Assembly (NCBI GenBank): GCA_045593805.1
Contig: JAZNXJ010000009.1
Location: 5,759 to 69,758, forward strand
Direction: 5' to 3'
Length of the DNA stretch: 64,000 nucleotides
Source: Faecalimonas sp.
GTDB lineage: Bacteria; Bacillota; Clostridia; Lachnospirales; Lachnospiraceae
Below the pieces are notes generated by a model. That model made no database searches and was not told the DNA's origin. It saw only the letters and a list, made by a program, of their open reading frames with translations. The translations under genes and the position numbers were made by a program. Every line of letters begins with the position of its first letter. The first letter of the stretch is position 1. Shown here one piece after another: positions 43,018 through 52,181 of this stretch.

Positions 43018-43800
43018 TCAACTTCCTGCACTGTTATAATGTTCTATTGAGATTTTCCATATGAAAATAGCAAAACACGAAAGAATCAAAGCTACTGGAA
43101 GCGTCATAAAATTCAGTATATTCATAGAATTTTCCCGTTCCAAAATATATAGCGAGGGATAATAGTTAACAAAGGCTAACGGTAGTATATACGTTAAAAA
43201 AGCAACTACCTTTTTCCCATATACATACAAAGGATAATTTAAAAAGTCTTTAAACACGAAAAATATTCTTTCCAAGTTGCTAGAATGCATCGCCCAAAAT
43301 GCAACACTCCCAATTAACAAAAACAATGCCATCTGTATGAATGCACCACCAATAATAGCTCCTAGCAAAACTAATATCTTACACATTGTCCAATGAATCT
43401 GATTATATATGCAAGAAATAAACAATACTATCACCGAAGGCAAAAGCTGCGAAAATATTTCCATAACACTAAGATTACTAAAAATAACCCCATAGAGAAT
43501 GGGCAGCGGTTTAATAAAATATGTATCTAGTCCACCGCTTATTACAAAGTTTTCTATATACCTCAGAGTACGGCAAAACACCTGCGCTATGCTATATGAA
43601 GTCAATAAAACACCATATAGGAAAATTAGGTTCCAACCATCCCAAGTACCAAATCCATTAAATCTCTTTGCAACAAACCACGAAAACAACATCTGTATTA
43701 AGTGAATTGGCGCCACAGAAATACAAAGCAATATAAAATTCAACCGATACTGAAGACTTCTTTTCAAATTCATCTTAAAATATAATCCAGCTAATTTCAT
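43018..43800 (-). CDS. ABC-2 family permease
   Basis: About 6 TM segments. Start at MKLAGLYF after GGGAGGG. Confidence 0.8.
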   Translation of the reverse strand: MKLAGLYFKMNLKRSLQYRLNFILLCISVAPIHLIQMLFSWFVAKRFNGFGTWDGWNLIFLYGVLLTSYSIAQVFCRTLRYIENFVISGGLDTYFIKPLPILYGVIFSNLSVMEIFSQLLPSVIVLFISCIYNQIHWTMCKILVLLGAIIGGAFIQMALFLLIGSVAFWAMHSSNLERIFFVFKDFLNYPLYVYGKKVVAFLTYILPLAFVNYYPSLYILERENSMNILNFMTLPVALILSCFAIFIWKISIEHYNSAGS

Positions 43801-43801
43801 A

Positions 43802-44590
43802 TTACCCTCCCTGTACACTTAATTTTTTTACTGCTATACGCCAGATAACCAACACCAAAACATATAATCCGATAATCCATCCTAATTGCAGCAAAATTAT
43901 TCGAAAATAATCTATTCCAACCACACTGCTATCCCCTGGGCTTCCCATATATATACTGATAGGTTTTTGATATATCCATACAAACGGAAGAACGTTCATA
44001 ATTTTTTCAAGCCATGCCGGCATCAACCATGATGGCAAAAACTGTCCTGATAATAAATCAACCACCACGCTGATTAAAATGAGAAGCGAAGAAGCTTCTA
44101 TTACCCAAAAGCAAGCCATAGACACTAAAATCCCAACCAAAAAGAGAAGCATGAACCCCAAAAATGCAGACAATAAAAACAGAAAAATATTTTCAACCGG
44201 TGGAATCTGCATATTAAACAGTACTTTTGCTGAAACAATAAAAACTATTCCTGATGATAATAAATTACCTATAATCGCGCCAATATCTTCAAATACTAAG
44301 GCATTTATGTACTCCCACGGTCTTAATAATTGTACTGAAATCGAACCATCTCTGATATTTGCCGACAATATGTTGGGTGAATGTATCCGATATGCAATAC
44401 CCAATATCTGTGAAACAATTGCATAATTAGCCATATACGAATACTGTGAGGAGTTATTTCCATATAACGCAAGCCAAAATTTCCGCAAAATAAATACACT
44501 CGCTATATTCGCAATTAAAAGCAACACAATGCTGGCTTTATAAGCAAACACTCTCTTAAAACCTAATTCTGCAATTTTAATATACTTCAT
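43802..44590 (-). CDS. ABC-2 family permease
   Basis: 262 aa, about 6 TM segments. First gene of the three-gene operon. Confidence 0.8.
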   Translation of the reverse strand: MKYIKIAELGFKRVFAYKASIVLLLIANIASVFILRKFWLALYGNNSSQYSYMANYAIVSQILGIAYRIHSPNILSANIRDGSISVQLLRPWEYINALVFEDIGAIIGNLLSSGIVFIVSAKVLFNMQIPPVENIFLFLLSAFLGFMLLFLVGILVSMACFWVIEASSLLILISVVVDLLSGQFLPSWLMPAWLEKIMNVLPFVWIYQKPISIYMGSPGDSSVVGIDYFRIILLQLGWIIGLYVLVLVIWRIAVKKLSVQGG

Positions 44591-44629
44591 AACTTACGTT
44601 CCCCCCCTTCTCTACAATATTTTGACACT

Positions 44630-44659
44630 AATCATACCATATTCATTTTCCAACATCAA
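44630..44659 (-). promoter_or_regulatory. candidate sigma-A promoter of the ABC operon
   Basis: On the minus strand, TTGATG - 18 nt - TATGAT, about 40 nt upstream of the start codon. Confidence 0.35.
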
Positions 44660-44692
44660 CAGCATATAATCTAATAGTTTGCACCTTAACTT

Positions 44693-44823
44693 AATTTGCG
44701 TACAACAAAAAGACCACCTACTGCTGGTCTCGTGCTTCTATTAAGTTTGCTGATATTAAGCAGCTCTTATAATTTGCATTCGGTTTCTTGGATGCTTGTT
44801 TCGCAGAATCTCCGCCTGTTTTT
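44693..44823. repeat. 131-bp direct repeat, right copy (3' end of the intact recombinase gene plus terminator)
   Basis: See 41891-42021. Confidence 0.95.
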
Positions 44824-45673
44824 CAATTGCAACATGAACATATATCTGAGTAGTTTTTATTGAGCTATGACCAAGAATCTCTTTGACACAACTAATATCT
44901 ACTCCCTCTTCAATCAAATATGTTGCAAACGAATGCCGGAACATATGAGGGGTGATATTTCTATCAATACCTGCCAGTTTTGAATACTTTTTCATCATCA
45001 ATCGTATCGATTGCTCCGTATACCTAGCACCCCTTTTATTTACAAAAAAGTAACCACTTTTCTTAATGGCATCTTTGTTTTCTTCATAATACTCCCGAAG
45101 TAGTTTGACTAACGAACTATCGCCAATTTGAACATATCTCTCTTTTCCGCCTTTTCCCATGATTCTTATTGAACCCGTAATTAAATCGACGCAATCAGCA
45201 CCAATATTGGAAATCTCGTATACTCTGGCTCCTGTCCCAAAGAATACCTCTACGACTGCCATATCACGTAGCCAATACTTTTTCTCTAGATAATTGCTCT
45301 TGGCGCCATGAGAATACATATAGTTCAATAACTGCTCAATTTCATTTCTTGGAATAATGCGTGGAAGCACAATGGTTTCTTTAAATTTCACCTTAATCTT
45401 CCTAAAAGGACTCTCCTCTATAAATTCCTCTTCTTCCAGATAATTATAAAAGGCTTTGACACTGGCGATTTTTCTTTTCACTGTTTTTTGCTTATAAGTC
45501 TTGTGCAAATCCGTAATATAATTCTCAATTTCCTCCTTACTCGGCTCTTTGCTTGATACTGCTTCGAAAAATTGTCGCAAATCAATCCGATATGCCTTTA
45601 ATGTTTTTTGATCCAACGCTCGTCTGAACTCGCAATATTCTAAATATTGCCCTACTTTTTCTTTCATGTACAT
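44756..45673 (-). CDS. tyrosine-type site-specific recombinase (XerC/D-like)
   Basis: 305 aa. GARVYE (Arg), HMFRHSFAT (HxxR) and GHSSIKTTQIYVHV (His..Tyr) catalytic motifs. Confidence 0.92.
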   Translation of the reverse strand: MYMKEKVGQYLEYCEFRRALDQKTLKAYRIDLRQFFEAVSSKEPSKEEIENYITDLHKTYKQKTVKRKIASVKAFYNYLEEEEFIEESPFRKIKVKFKETIVLPRIIPRNEIEQLLNYMYSHGAKSNYLEKKYWLRDMAVVEVFFGTGARVYEISNIGADCVDLITGSIRIMGKGGKERYVQIGDSSLVKLLREYYEENKDAIKKSGYFFVNKRGARYTEQSIRLMMKKYSKLAGIDRNITPHMFRHSFATYLIEEGVDISCVKEILGHSSIKTTQIYVHVAIEKQAEILRNKHPRNRMQIIRAA

Positions 45674-45745
45674 AACCTTACACCTCTGACCTTTTTTTCG
45701 TTAGTGTAACACACGCAAAGTACAGATGCATTCAGAAATATGTCA

Positions 45746-45787
45746 ATAACGGATAATTGATAGTTATCCATTGTTGCATAAAAATAA
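45746..45787. repeat. 42-bp inverted repeat, left arm
   Basis: ATAACGGATAATTGATAGTTATCCATTGTTGCATAAAAATAA is the perfect reverse complement of 48088-48129. Ends at the RBS of the GT2 gene. Confidence 0.95.
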
Positions 45788-45800
45788 AGGAGGAATTGTT

Positions 45801-46721
45801 TTGAAAAATACTCTTGTGTCCGTTATTATTCCCGTATATAACGGTGAAAAATACATTGCTCGTTGTATTAATTCAATTTTGAATCAGTCATATAAAGATT
45901 TAGAAATAATAATAGTAGATGATAATTCCAAAGATAAAAGTGCCGAAATAATATGTGAACATATGAAAAGAAGCAACAATATCAAATACTTAAAAAACGA
46001 ACATACAATAGGACCAGCAGAAACCAGAAACAAAGGACTAATATGTGCAAATTCAAAATATGTTTTGTTTCTTGATTGTGATGATTGGCTTGACTTGAAT
46101 TGCATAGAGAAAGCTGTAGATAAATTTAATTCTGATGCTGATATAGACATTGTATTATGGGAGATAAAAACAGCTTTTAATTATAGTAGAATTTGTTCAA
46201 GATATGAATACCTATACAACAATATTCTAGATAGCGAGATGGCTTTAAATTTATTGTCTCATACTTATGAAAATGAATTTTTTTTAAGTCCATTATTGGG
46301 ATGCAAATTATTCAAAAAAAGCCTTCTTGTTAATCACAACATTGTCTTTCCAGATACCATATATGAAGACGACATGTTCACTTTTTTGGCATTTTTATAC
46401 GCTAAAAAAATTGCGTTGACTACGGGAAGTTGCTTATATTACTACCAACATTCAGAATCTCTTACGCACCATTTTACAGATAAGAATATTACAGATTTCT
46501 TCAAGACCTTTAAATCTCTTTATACATACATAAACAAGGAGAAAAAAGACGCTTACTATAAATATTTAAATAAGAGTTTAATGTCTATGCTCGACAGTCT
46601 GCATAATAATGTCCAAAACTCGAGCGAACAAAGCAGATATAAATCGATGATATTCTCTTACTTTTACGAGAACATAAATGTAGAAGAGTATTATACATAC
46701 TCTTTCTCATTAACAATATAG
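45801..46721 (+). CDS. family 2 glycosyltransferase
   Basis: VSVIIPVYNGEKYI and IIIVDDNSKD motifs. TTG start 7 nt after AAGGAGG. Confidence 0.88.
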   Translation: MKNTLVSVIIPVYNGEKYIARCINSILNQSYKDLEIIIVDDNSKDKSAEIICEHMKRSNNIKYLKNEHTIGPAETRNKGLICANSKYVLFLDCDDWLDLNCIEKAVDKFNSDADIDIVLWEIKTAFNYSRICSRYEYLYNNILDSEMALNLLSHTYENEFFLSPLLGCKLFKKSLLVNHNIVFPDTIYEDDMFTFLAFLYAKKIALTTGSCLYYYQHSESLTHHFTDKNITDFFKTFKSLYTYINKEKKDAYYKYLNKSLMSMLDSLHNNVQNSSEQSRYKSMIFSYFYENINVEEYYTYSFSLTI

Positions 46722-46737
46722 ATTGCGTTTACGCAAT

Positions 46738-48069
46738 CTATATTGTATTATTTTGAACTAATAATTCAAAATATTTATCATCAAATTCCTGCAAAGCTTT
46801 TTGAGGATCAATTTTTATCAAAGCATTTCGAAAATGTTTTAAGATAAAATAATCTTGATTTTTTATCACAGTCGTTGCGTTTGTTTTCAGCCAATCTTGA
46901 ATAGCATCCAAAGATTTTTTACTATGTATTTTCCCTAGTGCTTCCACGATACTAGAAATTGTGTATTTATTTTGTTCTCGTTTAAGTTGAGTTATCAAGT
47001 TGTCTTCCGCAATATAAAGCATCTTTTCACCTGCTATATCAGCCATATGTTCACGAACATATTTGTTATCTGAAATAAGTGCATTTACAATATACTCATC
47101 AACCTTTTCCAAATCAGTTTTTAACAAAAAGGCCTCCAGTTTATATCTGTTCAAATCCACTTTTGTAGATTTAGAACGCTGAAAATATTCTATAATCCAT
47201 TTGAGACTTATTTCATTTAATTTGGAATTCTCTGCCAGTTTTATTGCTAGATTTGTTTGGTATGGCAAAAGACCATTATCATATAAACTACCGTATTCTT
47301 TGTGATTTAAAAATTCATCGATAAATTTTTGGATTTCATCACTCCTGCAACAGGACAACAGAAGTTCAAAAAAAAGTTTAAACAGGGTTGATATGTAATC
47401 CTCACAGTCTATTTTGTTCATTTCTTTTCTTAGGGTTTGATCAAATTCCCATATTGCGTTAACTACTTCGGAGGACGGCGAGACTGCCAATGTAGCGTCT
47501 TCTAACAAAGAGGTGTATACTAATATTTGTTCCTCTGAAAAAAGTTTTGAAAAATAATTAACAAAATCATCAATATCCTCAGGTTTAAGAAACTGTTTTG
47601 CTGACAACGCTCTTTTAAATGAATTTTTAAACTGATTTGCTTTCAGTCTCTTTAACAATTCAAAGGCAAGCGCCTTTAAATTGTTTTTGTCATATGGAAT
47701 ATATTGAAGGTGTTGGATGTCAAAAGGAGTGTTTCTTGATTGTTCCTTAATTATAAACACGTTTTCAAAATCTTTAATTGTATGAGTTATTCCCAGTTCA
47801 TAAAACACATTGGCATTAGTCTCCGAAATATCAACAATTATATATTGTGATGTTGCGATACCATTTAATATTAAGTTAATAATTGGAACAGATGCGGATA
47901 AGTTATTATCTACGCGTACACATTTGTAACCTGAGTTTTCCATGTACAATACAAGAGTATCATACAGATTTGTGTATTCCGCCGAAAAAGGCATAGCAAA
48001 AAAGCATTGATTTTCACTCACTGATATTTTCATTTTATTGATTTGTTTAGGATAAAAAATATTTTTCAT
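46738..48069 (-). CDS. TIR/nucleoside-2-deoxyribosyltransferase-like N-terminal domain fused to HEAT-like repeats
   Basis: 443 aa. CFFAMPF...IIVDISETNANVFYELGITH N-terminus. C-terminus has VREHMADIAGEK and IVEALGKIHSKKSLDAIQDWL HEAT-like repeats. Confidence 0.55.
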   Translation of the reverse strand: MKNIFYPKQINKMKISVSENQCFFAMPFSAEYTNLYDTLVLYMENSGYKCVRVDNNLSASVPIINLILNGIATSQYIIVDISETNANVFYELGITHTIKDFENVFIIKEQSRNTPFDIQHLQYIPYDKNNLKALAFELLKRLKANQFKNSFKRALSAKQFLKPEDIDDFVNYFSKLFSEEQILVYTSLLEDATLAVSPSSEVVNAIWEFDQTLRKEMNKIDCEDYISTLFKLFFELLLSCCRSDEIQKFIDEFLNHKEYGSLYDNGLLPYQTNLAIKLAENSKLNEISLKWIIEYFQRSKSTKVDLNRYKLEAFLLKTDLEKVDEYIVNALISDNKYVREHMADIAGEKMLYIAEDNLITQLKREQNKYTISSIVEALGKIHSKKSLDAIQDWLKTNATTVIKNQDYFILKHFRNALIKIDPQKALQEFDDKYFELLVQNNTI

Positions 48070-48087
48070 AGACACCTCATTAAAGAA

Positions 48088-48129
48088 TTATTTTTATGCA
48101 ACAATGGATAACTATCAATTATCCGTTAT
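48088..48129. repeat. 42-bp inverted repeat, right arm
   Basis: Perfect reverse complement of 45746-45787. Ends 18 nt upstream of the 443-aa gene start. Confidence 0.95.
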
Positions 48130-48504
48130 ATATTTCATTAAAAAATGCAAGAAAATAAAACGTGTCCTCCACGTCATCTCCTTGCACTGATTCCTCGACC
48201 ATATTCTAGCACAAATAAATAGGTTTCACAATATATCTTTTAAATTGTTCTAACGAATATTTTTTCTGTTCCTTCAATGCGGGACCTAACCGTAAAAATA
48301 TAATGAAAAAAAGTGGCCTTCAACCACCTTAAATCTTCTGCTGGAGGTAACATTTCCAGTTTAATACCTCTTTCACCAAGCATTCCATATAAATCTTTCT
48401 CTTCGACATTATAATTTGTCATTTCAAGCTTGCAAGTTCTATAATATAAGTATACTATACATTCGCATTCATTTCAAGACTTTTTCGAACATTTGTTCTT
48501 TGTC

Positions 48505-50226
48505 TTATCCGGGCAAACTATCCTCCACACACAACGCCCCATACCCAACCAACGGACTCGGGTACTGTGTAATTCCCACAAAAGGCCTTGCACCGCGTTG
48601 AAAGTATGCCTTCACCTTTTCTCCGTACAGATATGGGTCATTTCCTTTCACAATCCCCCACTCCATCATCAGTGCAGCACTCCCTGTTGCAAATGGTGTC
48701 GCAAATGACGTGCCACTTAGGGTTGCAAAGGTACCACCCGGAACGGGCGCAAGAATATCCACCCCCGGAGCCACAATATCAGGTTTGGCACGCCTGCCCG
48801 GTCCTGCCGGTCCTCGCCCGGAAAACTCTGCGTACGTAAAGGTCGCAGGGGCATATGCTCCCACACCAATTGTTCCATAAGAAGTAGACGGAATCGTAAG
48901 CGTTCTTTCTTCTGTCGGAAATAAAAAACCAGTCCCTACATTTAATACAGCCTGACTTGGAAGCCACAACGCATACTCTCCGTTCACTATATCTCTTGGC
49001 GTTAATACAATCCGCCACACACCACTATCAATATAGGTGTCTCTAGGTAGAAAATCGATGAAAATCTCCTGGTCGATACTAAATGGACTAGGCTCCCCAT
49101 AATACAATAAAATCTGGGTATTTCCAACCACAAACCGTTGAGAACCCAACTGCTCCTGAATAGGACCAATCCTCACACCTGAAGGTGTTATTAAAGATAT
49201 ATCTACCAAATCAAAATAAGCCTTCCAGATTTGCACATTTACAGTTGGTTCATTTTCCTGTATGGCAAGCTCTATCACCACTTCCTCGTCATCTGATAAA
49301 ACTCCCGATGTATGTCCGGCACTACTCCCCTCATTTCCGGTCCCAATACAAATGACACTCTTCCATGTGTTTGCAATATCCTCTATAAATCGTTCCAGCA
49401 GTCCACTGCCGTCATGGGGACCATAGGTATTTCCAAAACTCAGATTAATGGCAACAGGCAACTGGTACTCCAATGCTTTTCGCACCACATAATCCAATGC
49501 CTGAATAAGTTCCGTGGTTCTCGGAAATCCTCCCTCTCTTGGTGTTCCAAGCTTCACCACTAACAAATCGCTTCGAAAAGCCACTCCCTGATACGCATCT
49601 GAATTTCCTGCTGCAATTCCAGCAACAGATGTCCCATGTCCTGAGAAATCCTGACTTGGCACAATTTGTAGACGTTCCTGACGAGTCCCTGCCTGAAGGG
49701 CTTGGTTAAGCTGCTCCTGTGTATATTCAGTTCCAATCACATAGCCTTCCGGTGGATTTCCTGCTATGGTCTGGTCCCACAGATTACGGATTCTGGTTGT
49801 TCCATCTGTATTCCGAAAGACCGCATTTTCATAATCAATCCCGGAATCTATCACCGCAACCAGAACACCTTCACCCGACAACGACTCCGGTGGTAGCTGC
49901 ACTGTTGTAATACAAGAGGCCCTCTTTCCATTCTCTATCTGGAAAAAGAGCCTCTTTGGTTTCTCAACATAATCTACTGCCGGACAGTCTGACATGGCAT
50001 CAATTAGACTTTCCCGAATGGTCACAATGGCAAATTCATTCTGCATTTCCACCACCTGAGCCCCCAGTGCCCGCACACAATCTAAAGAACCGGAATACTT
50101 GATAATTAAATCCCACTCCCTGTTTATTGGATTGTAACCCACATTTAATTCCAAAGATTTGTCCCTCTCCTCTTCCGTGGCATCTAAAGCAAGGTTTAAT
50201 AAATTCTCCAACTTTTGGTCTGGCAT
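48505..50226 (-). CDS. S8 subtilisin-like peptidase, Csp (germination protease)-like
   Basis: IDSGID, HGTSVAG and SGTSFATP triad motifs. Start at MPDQKLE after AGGAGG. Paralogue of 25653-27356. Confidence 0.85.
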   Translation of the reverse strand: MPDQKLENLLNLALDATEEERDKSLELNVGYNPINREWDLIIKYSGSLDCVRALGAQVVEMQNEFAIVTIRESLIDAMSDCPAVDYVEKPKRLFFQIENGKRASCITTVQLPPESLSGEGVLVAVIDSGIDYENAVFRNTDGTTRIRNLWDQTIAGNPPEGYVIGTEYTQEQLNQALQAGTRQERLQIVPSQDFSGHGTSVAGIAAGNSDAYQGVAFRSDLLVVKLGTPREGGFPRTTELIQALDYVVRKALEYQLPVAINLSFGNTYGPHDGSGLLERFIEDIANTWKSVICIGTGNEGSSAGHTSGVLSDDEEVVIELAIQENEPTVNVQIWKAYFDLVDISLITPSGVRIGPIQEQLGSQRFVVGNTQILLYYGEPSPFSIDQEIFIDFLPRDTYIDSGVWRIVLTPRDIVNGEYALWLPSQAVLNVGTGFLFPTEERTLTIPSTSYGTIGVGAYAPATFTYAEFSGRGPAGPGRRAKPDIVAPGVDILAPVPGGTFATLSGTSFATPFATGSAALMMEWGIVKGNDPYLYGEKVKAYFQRGARPFVGITQYPSPLVGYGALCVEDSLPG

Positions 50227-50314
50227 AAAAACACCTCCTATTCTCAACATATGTTTGTAAAACTGATTTTGATATGCTAATATTAGATTTAGCACAAAAG
50301 AAGTGAGGTACATT

Positions 50315-51451
50315 ATGAACAAGAAAGAAATCTTAGAAATCCGCAAGCAATACAAGCCGGAAGAGTGCTCTATCACTCGCATCTGCGGTTGTTATGTAAA
50401 TGGGAATAAAGAAATCGTTGCTACGTCAAAAGATGCATTTTTATCTCTTCCAGAGGAAGAAATATTTAAATATTTAACCATATTCAAACAGACACTTTCA
50501 GGAACAATCGGAAAGAACCTGATTAATATGGAATTTCCACTAGACCAGGAAATGCCGGGCGGAACCCAAGAATTCTTATTACAATTGCGTAATTCGAAAT
50601 TACAAAATGATATGCTGACCGAACAGTTCTATGAAAAAATTATCGAGAACTACAACTACGGCGAAAATTATTACATAATTCTGATTCATGTAGCCTACGA
50701 CGTTCCTGGCAAATCTACAGATGGCAGTGAGATGTTTGATGCTTCTGATGAAGTATATGAATATTTACTTTGTAGCATCTGTCCTGTACATTTATCAAAA
50801 GAAGGCCTTAGTTACAATCCAGAAACAAATCGCATCGAGAACCGTGTCCGCGACTGGTTAATTGAACCACCAGCAAAAGGCTTCCTTTTTCCAACCTTCA
50901 ATGACCGCAGTACAGATATCCACAGCGTTTTGTATTATTCAAAACAGGCGGAGGATTTACAACCGGAATTTATTGAAAATGCACTTGGCTGTACCTTCCC
51001 AATGTCAGCCGGAAGCCAAAAAAGCACCTTCCACTCCGTAGTGATGAATACCCTTGGCGAAGAATGCGAATATGATGTGTTGCGTAACATTCATGAAAGT
51101 TTAAATGAAATGATTGATGAAGCGAAAGACTCGCCGGAACCTCCTGTTTTGACAAAGCCGGAGATGAAACGCCTCCTTGCCAACAGCGGTATCACAGAGG
51201 AAAGAATTGAAAGCTTTGATACGAACTTCGACCATATTGCCGGAGAAAAGGCAGAATTTCTTGTAACAAATATTGCCGAAACACGCAAGTTCAGTATTGA
51301 AACTCCAGACGTTGTAATTAAGGTAAACCCTGAACGTGCCGATTTAGTTGAAACCAAAGTAATCAATGGAAAACAATGTCTTGTTATTGAAATTAACGAC
51401 CAAGTAGAAGTAAACGGTGTACCAATACGTTACAGTACAAGTGATGTTTAA
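50315..51451 (+). CDS. DUF4317-like protein
   Basis: About 378 aa. N-terminal MNKKEILEIRKQYK..RICGCYV as recalled for DUF4317. Confidence 0.6.
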   Translation: MNKKEILEIRKQYKPEECSITRICGCYVNGNKEIVATSKDAFLSLPEEEIFKYLTIFKQTLSGTIGKNLINMEFPLDQEMPGGTQEFLLQLRNSKLQNDMLTEQFYEKIIENYNYGENYYIILIHVAYDVPGKSTDGSEMFDASDEVYEYLLCSICPVHLSKEGLSYNPETNRIENRVRDWLIEPPAKGFLFPTFNDRSTDIHSVLYYSKQAEDLQPEFIENALGCTFPMSAGSQKSTFHSVVMNTLGEECEYDVLRNIHESLNEMIDEAKDSPEPPVLTKPEMKRLLANSGITEERIESFDTNFDHIAGEKAEFLVTNIAETRKFSIETPDVVIKVNPERADLVETKVINGKQCLVIEINDQVEVNGVPIRYSTSDV

Positions 51452-51519
51452 TACCCTATGCGCCTCTGCACATCCCCGCGGAACGTTTTGTAAGGTATAA
51501 CCTCGCAAAAAAGAGCTCA

Positions 51520-52128
51520 CTAGTTGAGCTCTTTCGTTTTATATGGCGCTAATTCTAATGGAATGAAGTACCCTTTTTCATATCTGCAGACCGGACAAAC
51601 ACCTGGAACCTTCTTTCCTGTATGAATATTTCCGCAATTTAAGCACATCCACTTCTCACTTTCCTTTGTTTCAAAATAAGTGCCATTTTTGAGCATCTCT
51701 GCTAACTGCCCGAAGCGGTCCCCGTGTATTTTTTCAATCTCTGCTATTTGATAAAATGCCGAAGCAACCTCCATGTAACCCTCTTCCTTTGCTTCATTTC
51801 CAAAGGCTATATAAACATCATCCGCTTCTTCATATTCATTGTGCTGAGCCGCCTCTAATAACCCTTCTACTGTGTCCTGCTTATCAACCGGAAAACTACC
51901 GCTAATGTCTATTGTCTCCCCTGACAAGCTTTTCAGTAAATCGTAAAATCTCTCTGCATGAGCACGTTCTTGGTTCGCAGTAAATAAGAACACCTCTTGA
52001 ATTGCGTACAAACCTTGTTCTCTCGCTTCCTCCGCTGCAAATGTATACCGATTTCTCGCTTGACTTTCTCCCGCAAATGCCTTCATCAAATTCACTTTTG
52101 TCTGACTATCTTTAAATTGAATACCCAT
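51520..52128 (-). CDS. rbr: rubrerythrin
   Basis: Ferritin-like ExxH motifs and C-terminal CxxC...CPVC rubredoxin domain. Start at MGIQFKD. Confidence 0.92.
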   Translation of the reverse strand: MGIQFKDSQTKVNLMKAFAGESQARNRYTFAAEEAREQGLYAIQEVFLFTANQERAHAERFYDLLKSLSGETIDISGSFPVDKQDTVEGLLEAAQHNEYEEADDVYIAFGNEAKEEGYMEVASAFYQIAEIEKIHGDRFGQLAEMLKNGTYFETKESEKWMCLNCGNIHTGKKVPGVCPVCRYEKGYFIPLELAPYKTKELN

Positions 52129-52181
52129 AATAAATTCTCCTTGTCTTTTTATCATAGTATCTCCAATTTTTTCTATTTATA

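Noticed and set aside
42035-44590. The idea that the ABC-2 operon is a bacteriocin or lantibiotic immunity transporter.
   Set aside because: No precursor peptide, modification enzyme or two-component sensor is visible nearby. The three-gene ATPase plus two-permease layout is a generic uncharacterised ABC-2 family.
48240-48422. 60-aa ORF whose N-terminus (..LGERGIKLEMLPPAEDL..) vaguely recalls C-terminal segments of some phage or antirepressor-type proteins, so it could be a gene remnant at the cassette edge.
   Set aside because: It is too short and my recollection of the motif is too vague to assign a family. It could be checked by BLASTX of 48130-48504.
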